A program made the translations under genes and the position numbers. A stretch of DNA of 32,000 nucleotides from Candidatus Woesearchaeota archaeon (GTDB lineage: Archaea; Nanobdellota; Nanobdellia; SCGC-AAA011-G17; UBA489): NCBI GenBank assembly GCA_964367375.1, contig CAYIXG010000005.1:1-32000 (forward strand). The letters are read 5' to 3'. Below, piece by piece: positions 24,305 to 31,521 of the stretch; the stretch's first letter is position 1, and the number at the start of each line of letters is the position of its first letter. Under the pieces are notes generated by a model. The model did not search any database, was not told the origin of the DNA, and saw only the letters and a program-made list of their open reading frames with translations.

Positions 24305-24643
24305 TCACTTCAAACATTCTATAATACTATTTAGCTCTTCCTGCTTCAATGTGACATTCTCACCCACAAGCAAGGCTTTCAATTCCTCAGCATCACTCGG
24401 GTTCATGTCGATAATCTTCACCATCTGCTTCTCCTTCAACCGCAGAATGTTCAGCTCCTGCAACTTCTTTTTTATTTCTTCCACTTCATTTCCCTTCCGC
24501 TTCACAAAATTCTTCAAGTATTCCAACGTTCGTGTTGCTCGGAAGCTCAACTCCGCATCCTTCTCCATCCCTTCAAGCAACTCCTTCAACACCGCTGTTG
24601 GCAACGGCTTCTCATTCACTACTTCAAGCTCTCCCATGCTCAA
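24305..24643 (-). CDS. rpoF: DNA-directed RNA polymerase subunit F (Rpo4)
   Basis: About 110 aa and helical. TRTLEYLKNFVK..., EEIKKKLQEL... and KIIDMNPSDAEELKALL resemble Rpo4. It sits between rpl21e and the DUF655 gene. Confidence 0.78.
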   Translation of the reverse strand: MSMGELEVVNEKPLPTAVLKELLEGMEKDAELSFRATRTLEYLKNFVKRKGNEVEEIKKKLQELNILRLKEKQMVKIIDMNPSDAEELKALLVGENVTLKQEELNSIIECLK

Positions 24644-24929
24644 TCCTCCTCATATGGACTGGATGCACCACCAGAATCTTCCGCTTCTTTCCATCTTGAA
24701 TCTCCACATCATAACACTTTCCTCTTGCATCCACAATTATTCCTGTCTTCCCGTGAAAGCGCGGATAAAACATTCCCTTATGCACACTTGGCTCTATCTT
24801 CAGCAACACCTGATCCCCTGTTTTCAAGACCTGCAAGTACCTTGTGATGCTTATCTTCCCCTTCATTTCCGGAGACTTTCTAAGCTTTGAGCGCGTCTTT
24901 CGCCGCATTCCACCCATTCGCTTTACCAT
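24624..24929 (-). CDS. rpl21e: 50S ribosomal protein L21e (eL21)
   Basis: GMRRKTRSKL...GDQVLLKIEPSVHKGMFYPRFHGKTGIIVDARGKCYDVEIQDGKKRKILVVHPVHM is present. A TATA (aatttatatag, minus strand) lies about 20 nt upstream. Confidence 0.93.
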   Translation of the reverse strand: MVKRMGGMRRKTRSKLRKSPEMKGKISITRYLQVLKTGDQVLLKIEPSVHKGMFYPRFHGKTGIIVDARGKCYDVEIQDGKKRKILVVHPVHMRRIEHGRA

Positions 24930-24972
24930 TTCATCTTCCAGGGAATGCCCTCTATATAAATTTACCTCTCCT

Positions 24973-25269
24973 TCACCCTCTTACCCCCTTCATTTCAGCC
25001 ATTACCTTTGCCAAGGCACTGTCAATTGTAAAGAACAAGTTTGATCCTGATGCATCTGCATTCCACTGCTTTGCACCTGTCACCTGCGCACGCAACCCAA
25101 ATTGTTTCTCACTTTCTTGATGCAACTCCAATACCAACTCTTTATACTCCCCACTCTCTTCCTTCATCCGCTTCGCATAATTTCCCACAATCTTTTTCAC
25201 CACAACTAATGATGCAGCGTCTACCTCATTAAAACCGCTTAACTTAATATTACCGCCGAGCTCAATCAT
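24973..25269 (-). CDS. Second HPF/RaiA-like small alpha/beta protein (paralogue of 4443-4835)
   Basis: IKLSGFNEVDAASLVVVKKIVGNYAKRMKE...LRAQVTGAKQWNADASGSNLFFTIDSALAKVMAEMKG parallels the HPF pattern ...G..lt.al..yv..K..kl...ASAEG.DMYAAID...DKL..QL. It is the first gene of the minus-strand translation block. Confidence 0.45.
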   Translation of the reverse strand: MIELGGNIKLSGFNEVDAASLVVVKKIVGNYAKRMKEESGEYKELVLELHQESEKQFGLRAQVTGAKQWNADASGSNLFFTIDSALAKVMAEMKGVRG

Positions 25270-25373
25270 TTTTTCATTTCCTATCCTCTCACTATATACC
25301 TGCCATTCATTTATATATACTTTTCGTTCCTCTTTTCCATATCTTTAAAAATAAGCATACTCTTCTTTTTCTT

Positions 25374-26216
25374 ATGAAGCATTCCCTTCGCATCACCCTT
25401 CTTCTCACTCTTCTTTTTTTCGCCAGTCAACTGATCGGCCTTTTCATTATCAATGATTATCTCACTATCACTACAACAATCGTCGATGGCAAAACCTATC
25501 GCAACGCCACCTGGAGCGAACTCCCTTATGACATTCAACGACCAGCATTCGAAGAAGATACCAGCTTTATCCCGCTCATCCTCATTGTTCTCATCGCAAC
25601 AGGAGCAGTCCTCCTTATTGTCCGCTTTGGCCTCGCACGGCTCTGGAAACTCTGGTTTTTCTTGAGCGTCTGGTTTTGCCTTCTTCTCGCATTCAATAGC
25701 TTTATCCCCCGAACAGCGTCTCTCCTTATTTCCCTACTTCTTGCAGCACTCAAAATATTGAAACCCCATGTGCTTCTGCACAACCTCACTGAACTCTTCA
25801 TCTATGGAGGACTTGCAACAGTCTTTGTTCCTGTGCTTAACGTGATGAGCATTCTCATTCTCCTTGCACTCATCAGCGTGTATGACATGTATGCAGTGTG
25901 GAAAAGCAAACACATGATTGCACTCGCAACCTACCAGACACAGATGAAAGTGTTTGCAGGTTTACTTATTCCTTATCAGAAAAAAACTGCAGTCCTCGGA
26001 GGAGGAGACATAGGATTTCCGCTGCTCTTCGCAGGAGTTCTTCTGAAAACATATGGACCTCTTCCTGCACTCCTTGTTGCCCTTACCGCTACTCTTAGCT
26101 TGCTCATCCTCCTCTTTTTCAGCAAAAAGAATACCTATTACCCCGCGATGCCCTTTCTTACTCTTGGGTGCGTTGCAGGATATCTTCTTAGTTTGGCCCT
26201 TTCACTTCAGGCGTAA
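25374..26216 (+). CDS. Presenilin / signal-peptide-peptidase family (A22) intramembrane aspartyl protease
   Basis: Polytopic membrane protein with the family triad in order: YD (LISVYDMYAV), GxGD (VLGGGDIGFPLLF) and PAL (YGPLPALLVAL). TATA tttaaaaata lies about 25 nt upstream. Confidence 0.82.
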   Translation: MKHSLRITLLLTLLFFASQLIGLFIINDYLTITTTIVDGKTYRNATWSELPYDIQRPAFEEDTSFIPLILIVLIATGAVLLIVRFGLARLWKLWFFLSVWFCLLLAFNSFIPRTASLLISLLLAALKILKPHVLLHNLTELFIYGGLATVFVPVLNVMSILILLALISVYDMYAVWKSKHMIALATYQTQMKVFAGLLIPYQKKTAVLGGGDIGFPLLFAGVLLKTYGPLPALLVALTATLSLLILLFFSKKNTYYPAMPFLTLGCVAGYLLSLALSLQA

Positions 26217-26310
26217 ATTCCTTCCCCTGACAGAAACACACTAATGATTGGGGAATGTTCTCAGTGCCAGAAGTAAAGATTGCGCCACAACTGATACATT
26301 TCACTTCCAT
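26188..26310 (-). CDS. Possible 40-aa Cys-containing micro-protein (not in ORF track)
   Basis: Hand translation gives MEVKCISCGAIFTSGTENIPQSLVCFCQGKEFTPEVKGPN*. On the minus strand, GGTGG lies 7-11 nt upstream and a tatatata block further upstream. It overlaps the 3' end of the protease gene by 29 nt (convergent). Confidence 0.3.
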   Translation of the reverse strand: MEVKCISCGAIFTSGTENIPQSLVCFCQGKEFTPEVKGPN

Positions 26311-26397
26311 TCTTTGAACCACCATATACTGTATATATACTATATGGATATGAATGGATACCCTCTATATAAAGATGCTGGTTTCTTCACTACCCCT

Positions 26398-29300
26398 TTA
26401 CGGCTCAAATAATCTCGTTAACCAACCCACAAAGGACTGCCAGACTGATAGACTTCCAGAGCCAGAACCTGCAGGAACTGTACCTCCCTCCTTCCCAGAT
26501 ACGCCTACAGTTAGATCAGGCGCACTTACTGGCTCTCCTGTTGCCGCATCAGGATCTGTTGGAGGAGTTACCTTCCCTTTTATCATACATTGACAATCAG
26601 AACCTCCTAATTGTTCACACGTTTCCCCTGCAACTGGACACCCACCACCACACACCGGAGCCTTTCCTGCTGGAGTTGTTCCTGGCGGATGCAATAAATC
26701 TCGACACGGTCCTGACCCTGTTCCTGTGGATACACATCCACTACCCGCATCCCCACAATTCACCCCACCACCTGCGGGGCCACCTGCACTTGCTGGACAA
26801 CTTGGCCACACAATCGGACCCCACTGACAATTTGACTCACATGTCACTGTTCCACATAAAATAGTTCCATCAGGACAAATTGCACATCCCCCTGGTGCAG
26901 TTATACCTGGAGGATCGCAGCCCTCACCTGGATCAAGCACCCCATTCCCACACAAATTGAGAGGCATGCAATCACAATGATCTCCATGCGTTTGACACAA
27001 TGGCGCTTCCGGGGGACAACTACCTCCACAGACTAATACATTTCCACATGTTGGACACGTTGCAATAGGAGCACACCCTCCACCCCCTCCTGGACCTCCA
27101 TGACCTATTGGAGGAGATGATGGCAATGGAGGAGGCATTGGACCAGTACAACTTGTTGTCTCAAGTGTACATTCTCCGATAGCTCCCGGTGCCTTACACC
27201 CTAATGTCCCTCCAGTAAATCCAAAGTCATTACACGTCATCCCATTGAAATCAGGACCATCACACTGCTCTGTTATCAAATCATAATTCACCTGCTCACC
27301 ACTCGCAAGCGTCACCCAATTGTTCACCACATTATCCCCGCATGTTGGCCACATACACCCTGAAGGATATGTCATTCCATACACATCACACAATGGCGTT
27401 CCCGGAGGGCAAGAGCATGTTGCACCAGACGTTCCTGGCGCACGATTACAACTATCTGGCACATACGCAAGACAAATATTCCCCCGGTCACAATCCTCAT
27501 ACGGTGGATTTACTAGATTATTCCCGCATAATACTTGCGGCGCAGGTATACAACTATCAGTGTTCAACGTGCAATTTGGATTGCAACTCAATGTCCCTCC
27601 ACCCAAATAACCTACTGTTGCACACGTTTCTCCCTGCAAATCAGGACCATCACACTCTTCAAACTCTCCGTTATTGTTCGGCCATTGCGCTACCCCATCA
27701 CCACAGAAAGATCCTGGACACGTCTCTCCACAATATCGTGTTCCATCAACAAACACCTTTGTATAATGCGTTTGCACCATACTATCAGACAATGCAGTGT
27801 CATATACCACCACACCCTCCACAAATCCTGAAAATTCCGTCCACGGACTTAATGTAATAGGAACTGCCCCTACTGGAGATCCAATTCCAAAAATCCCGTC
27901 AGACGCAATGCTTCCTGTTGCATCATCAATCACAATAGGTGTTGGCGTGCCATCAACATACAAGCGCATAATCTTACTTCCTGCTGAAGTGTGCAAGCGC
28001 ACAAACACTATATGATGCCACTGCCCATCTCCAATGTCTAAGGGCCACTCAATACTTATAGACACCAAATTTACATCCGTGAGCAAGGCACCAATCCTAT
28101 TAATAGGATTTCCCGTGTACCCCACAACATATACTTCTCTTGGCCAATTAAATCCGTACTTTCCCACAATCAACGGATTTTGATTTGTGGTTGTTGACTT
28201 TACTAAGAATTCCACACTAAAGTCGTCATCAGCACCAAAATTCAACGGGCTTGCCGCAAGAATATTCTTTCCCAGAAATGCAGGCGTTCCTGTAAACTCA
28301 ATTGACCCGCACACCGCACCCGGCTGTCCGAAGTTGATCACTCCAGATCCTACTTTGTCTAAATCATTACTCCCTTTGCTATCCACTGCCGTTACTGGAC
28401 CAGCATCATCCAAATTCCACTGCGCCACCCTGTTATTCACACACTCATTCTTCGGCACACATGTCCCTGCTTCGCATTCCATATTTGGATACCCAGTACA
28501 CTCATAATCAAACGAACAAAAGGGTGTTATACACAAACAATTCAGGCACACTAATCCTCCAGCACATCCTGGAGTTCCTGGATCACCACACTGCTCACCA
28601 GGATTGAACACACCATTTCCACACGCTTCTGTTTGACACAATTCATTACATCCGTCTCCTGGAATTGTATTCCCATCATCACATTGTTCTGGAACACCAT
28701 CATAATTCACCAAGCTTCCCCCTGATGTCGATGCAATATTATTCACTATTCCATCCCCGCATGTCGGCCAACGACAGCCTTGAAACGTGCTAATACTTTC
28801 CCCTGTTCCTGCCAATGGACCTATGGAAATGGGAGGCACACCACTTGTGCACGCTACGTCATCCTCATCACACGCACATCCCGAGCCACCAATTATCCCT
28901 GGGGGATTATTCAAGTCGCCTAAATCACATTCCTCTCCTGATTGAATAGTATCATCACCACACCCTGTTTTTTCGCACGCACCAGACACACACGTGTGTC
29001 CTGGCGGACAATTTGCATTTGTTGTACACAAACATTCACATGCATTCACACTTTCCGCTGCACCACACACTACAATTGGAGGAAATTGCGGCGGCGCTTT
29101 TGCTAATGGACATATTCCTCCATCAGCACCATCACACTGCTCAAAGCCTTCTCGCAAATTATTCCCACATAAAATAACAATAATCACATTGCCTGCGTTA
29201 AACAACCTAACTTCGTGCAGACCTTCACTTGCCGGCCAATCACCCTGCATCTGCATCGGCATCCTCCAATGCATGACACCACCTTTCCACCCAATCTGCA

Positions 29301-29577
29301 AGTCACTTCCAACCACATCCGCCCACTCGATACCTGAAGGATTATTAATCACAATCGTTTTTGACGATCCCTCACCCAATGAGATCAACTGATTCACACC
29401 GGTTACTGTTGTCTCTGCATTCTGATCAAGACTTGACTCTCGCGAACCTTCCAAGCGCGACGTTGACAAGAAAAATAAAGGAATAATTAGGATGAACATC
29501 ACACCCATAAGAACAATTGTCTCCAGCGAGGACTGCGACTTCGCAACTCCCTCTTTTACTTTTTTTCTCATCACCAC
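26398..29577 (-). CDS. Giant (1,059 aa) Cys-rich surface protein: class III (type IV pilin-like) signal peptide, CGDG...ExCD cysteine repeats, LamG/ConA-like lectin domain, C-x-C-terminated modules
   Basis: The N-terminus KKVKEGVAKS|QSSLETIVLMGVMFILIIPLFFL has the same Q+1/E+5 pattern as the adjacent pilin. Repeats are of the type CGDGIVNN...EQCDDGNTIPGDGCNELCQTEACGNGVFNPGEQCGD (Myxococcus-type cysteine-rich repeat). The LamG_3-like core reads DDFSVEFLVK...GQWHHIVFVRL...MRLYVDGT...FSGFVEGVVVYDTALS. C-terminal modules are CGGSCPPEAPLCQTHGDHCDC and CGGGCPVAGETCEQLGGSDCQC. Confidence 0.85.
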   Translation of the reverse strand: MVMRKKVKEGVAKSQSSLETIVLMGVMFILIIPLFFLSTSRLEGSRESSLDQNAETTVTGVNQLISLGEGSSKTIVINNPSGIEWADVVGSDLQIGWKGGVMHWRMPMQMQGDWPASEGLHEVRLFNAGNVIIVILCGNNLREGFEQCDGADGGICPLAKAPPQFPPIVVCGAAESVNACECLCTTNANCPPGHTCVSGACEKTGCGDDTIQSGEECDLGDLNNPPGIIGGSGCACDEDDVACTSGVPPISIGPLAGTGESISTFQGCRWPTCGDGIVNNIASTSGGSLVNYDGVPEQCDDGNTIPGDGCNELCQTEACGNGVFNPGEQCGDPGTPGCAGGLVCLNCLCITPFCSFDYECTGYPNMECEAGTCVPKNECVNNRVAQWNLDDAGPVTAVDSKGSNDLDKVGSGVINFGQPGAVCGSIEFTGTPAFLGKNILAASPLNFGADDDFSVEFLVKSTTTNQNPLIVGKYGFNWPREVYVVGYTGNPINRIGALLTDVNLVSISIEWPLDIGDGQWHHIVFVRLHTSAGSKIMRLYVDGTPTPIVIDDATGSIASDGIFGIGSPVGAVPITLSPWTEFSGFVEGVVVYDTALSDSMVQTHYTKVFVDGTRYCGETCPGSFCGDGVAQWPNNNGEFEECDGPDLQGETCATVGYLGGGTLSCNPNCTLNTDSCIPAPQVLCGNNLVNPPYEDCDRGNICLAYVPDSCNRAPGTSGATCSCPPGTPLCDVYGMTYPSGCMWPTCGDNVVNNWVTLASGEQVNYDLITEQCDGPDFNGMTCNDFGFTGGTLGCKAPGAIGECTLETTSCTGPMPPPLPSSPPIGHGGPGGGGGCAPIATCPTCGNVLVCGGSCPPEAPLCQTHGDHCDCMPLNLCGNGVLDPGEGCDPPGITAPGGCAICPDGTILCGTVTCESNCQWGPIVWPSCPASAGGPAGGGVNCGDAGSGCVSTGTGSGPCRDLLHPPGTTPAGKAPVCGGGCPVAGETCEQLGGSDCQCMIKGKVTPPTDPDAATGEPVSAPDLTVGVSGKEGGTVPAGSGSGSLSVWQSFVGWLTRLFEP

Positions 29578-29767
29578 TTTTTTTAACCTCTTGTAGATGC
29601 ACTTCTCTTCTCTTTAAATAATTTTTTATACACTTTCTTTTCATTCTTTTTTCTTTTTATCTGTAGAGTGGTGAACAGAAGCAGATACATTTATATACAA
29701 GCACACCCTTACAAAACGCGTCAGACTTTAATCCAATAGTCCAAAAAAACGGAGAGGTGAATCAACC

Positions 29768-30289
29768 ATGATGAAAAGAGGTCAAGCCGCCATGGAGTTC
29801 TTAATGACCTATGGGTGGGCATTACTTGTTGTTCTTGTTGCCATCGGAGCACTCGCATTCTTTGGAGTGTTAAATCCCGGACAATTCTTACCTGATCAAT
29901 GTGTGTTCTTTGCAGGACTCACCTGCCAGAACGCGTATGCAGACGCGGATGATAACAATGCTGCAGTAGGTGGAAACTCTGTCATTGTTTTCGACGCACA
30001 AAATGGCCTTGGATACACCATGACAGGCTTTGATATTCCATTATTACAAGTTAGTATTTCTGGAACAGGTGGTGCTCTTTCAGTTACTGGTACTCCTATA
30101 CAATGTGATGGAACAGCAAACCTTGTTGATGGAACCACAACAAAATGTACCATCAACTTTGGCCCACCCACACCAGGCGGATTTAATGTTGGAGAGAAAG
30201 TTAAAGGAACCATTTCCCTAAGCTGGGATGATGCAGCAGGACAATCACACACCAGAACAGGAACCTTATCCTTAACAGCAGAAGGTTAA
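29768..30289 (+). CDS. Archaeal type IV pilin-like protein (class III signal peptide)
   Basis: MMKRG|QAAMEFLMTYGWALLVVLVAIGALAFFG is a classical archaeal prepilin N-terminus: a basic residue, Gly, Q+1, E+5, then a hydrophobic helix. GGAGAGGTGA lies before the ATG and tttatatac about 70 nt upstream. The beta-rich body has 4 Cys. Confidence 0.8.
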   Translation: MMKRGQAAMEFLMTYGWALLVVLVAIGALAFFGVLNPGQFLPDQCVFFAGLTCQNAYADADDNNAAVGGNSVIVFDAQNGLGYTMTGFDIPLLQVSISGTGGALSVTGTPIQCDGTANLVDGTTTKCTINFGPPTPGGFNVGEKVKGTISLSWDDAAGQSHTRTGTLSLTAEG

Positions 30290-30359
30290 TCATAACCTTC
30301 TTTTTCTCTTTTCTTTTTCTTCCATTATCTTTATTAATAGAGTTCACTCTTTCTCTTTC

Positions 30360-31148
30360 ATGATCACCCGAAAAGCCATTGCAGCAAGCACGTACTACTC
30401 TGCAGACTTCAACATCCTCAACAAACAACTTGCTTACAGCTTTCTTGCACCACCTGGACCCGGATCATTTCCCCTTCATAGAAATGCAAAACCCCCAGTT
30501 CATGGAGTGATTGTTCCCTTCGGAAGATATGACGATGTAGGATGCATTGCTGCGTGGGCATACAAAGACATCGGCGAACATGCGTTTCCAGAACTCTTCA
30601 TCATCCTCAGCAACAGCACCATCGGAGGACCCCACCAATTCTCAACCACACTCTTCGCTGACTGGGAAACACCCCTCTTCACCGCGAAGATCGCAAAAGA
30701 ACAAGGAAAAAAATTGCTCAACAGCTTTCCCGAACTCCGCAACGAAACGAGCATGCACGACACTGAACCAGCCATCGAAACACAACTTCCTCTTCTCCAA
30801 TGTGTCAACAAAGACCATCTCCATGATATTACCATCCTTCCTCTTATCATCAATACCTCATCTTATGAAGCATGCACATCCTTCGGCACCGCACTCGGTG
30901 ACTTTAGTGAACACATATCCAGCACCATCATCTGCAGCCATAATCTTACAGGCACACCTCTTGACACCCACCTTCTTGACGCAATCAAACGCATTGACCC
31001 ACACTCTTTTTTTACCCATGCGCACCAAGCCTCTCATTATCCCTTTGGCGCAGCCCTCGTCTTCCTCCACGCAATGAAACAACGATTCGCAAACAAGACC
31101 CTATTGCACCACTACTCCGCAGGATACGCAGCACTCACCTTCACATGA
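30360..31148 (+). CDS. Memo-like (AmmeMemoRadiSam system protein B family) protein with substituted signature residues
   Basis: It aligns by eye with archaeal Memo homologues: GVIVPFGRYDDVGCIAAWAYKDI (family: ..PHAGY.YSG..AA.AY), DWETPL, and HDTEPAIETQLPLLQ (family: H..EHS.E.QLPFLQ). Confidence 0.65.
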   Translation: MITRKAIAASTYYSADFNILNKQLAYSFLAPPGPGSFPLHRNAKPPVHGVIVPFGRYDDVGCIAAWAYKDIGEHAFPELFIILSNSTIGGPHQFSTTLFADWETPLFTAKIAKEQGKKLLNSFPELRNETSMHDTEPAIETQLPLLQCVNKDHLHDITILPLIINTSSYEACTSFGTALGDFSEHISSTIICSHNLTGTPLDTHLLDAIKRIDPHSFFTHAHQASHYPFGAALVFLHAMKQRFANKTLLHHYSAGYAALTFT

Positions 31149-31507
31149 CACACGCACTCATCCTTCACCACAAGAAACACCTCTTCACCTGCACTGTTTG
31201 CGACACTTCATTTGCACAATTCAGAGGATTCATGTTCTCTGCAAAACCAGAACCACATCACGGACTCCTTTTTCCCTTACATGCATCATCATCTACCTCC
31301 TTTCACAACCTCTTTGTTTTCTTCAGCATTGATTTTCTTGTCCTCACTCATACAGGAGCTGTTGCTGCAATCAAACGCAATATTCAACCATTCACCCTCC
31401 ATATCATGAGCGTTCCTGCACATCACACCGTCATCGAATTGCCTGCAGGAAGCGCAGACTCTCTTGCTGTTGGCGACACATTAACCATTAAGCTTAAAAA
31501 CAATTAG
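31145..31507 (+). CDS. DUF192 (COG1430) domain protein
   Basis: RGFMFSAKPEPHHGLLFPL, FFSIDFLVLTHTGAVAAI and TVIELPAGSADSLAVGDTLTI match the DUF192 pattern. The start overlaps the Memo-like stop (ATGA). Confidence 0.6.
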   Translation: MTHALILHHKKHLFTCTVCDTSFAQFRGFMFSAKPEPHHGLLFPLHASSSTSFHNLFVFFSIDFLVLTHTGAVAAIKRNIQPFTLHIMSVPAHHTVIELPAGSADSLAVGDTLTIKLKNN

Positions 31508-31521
31508 CACCTCTTTCTCCT

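Noticed and set aside
24102-24890. 262-aa plus-strand ORF across the DUF655, rpoF and rpl21e genes
   Set aside because: It is antisense to three recognisable minus-strand genes. The product is Ser/Phe-rich with no domain. This is a typical long antisense frame of a biased coding region.
25374-26216. Whether the GxGD protease is the prepilin peptidase (PibD/FlaK) for the adjacent pilin-signal proteins
   Set aside because: The catalytic Asp residues sit in YD and GGGD motifs late in a roughly 9-helix protein, followed by PAL. That is the presenilin/SPP (A22) layout. In the A24 layout the first Asp is near the N-terminus and the motif is GxGD(V/I)K.
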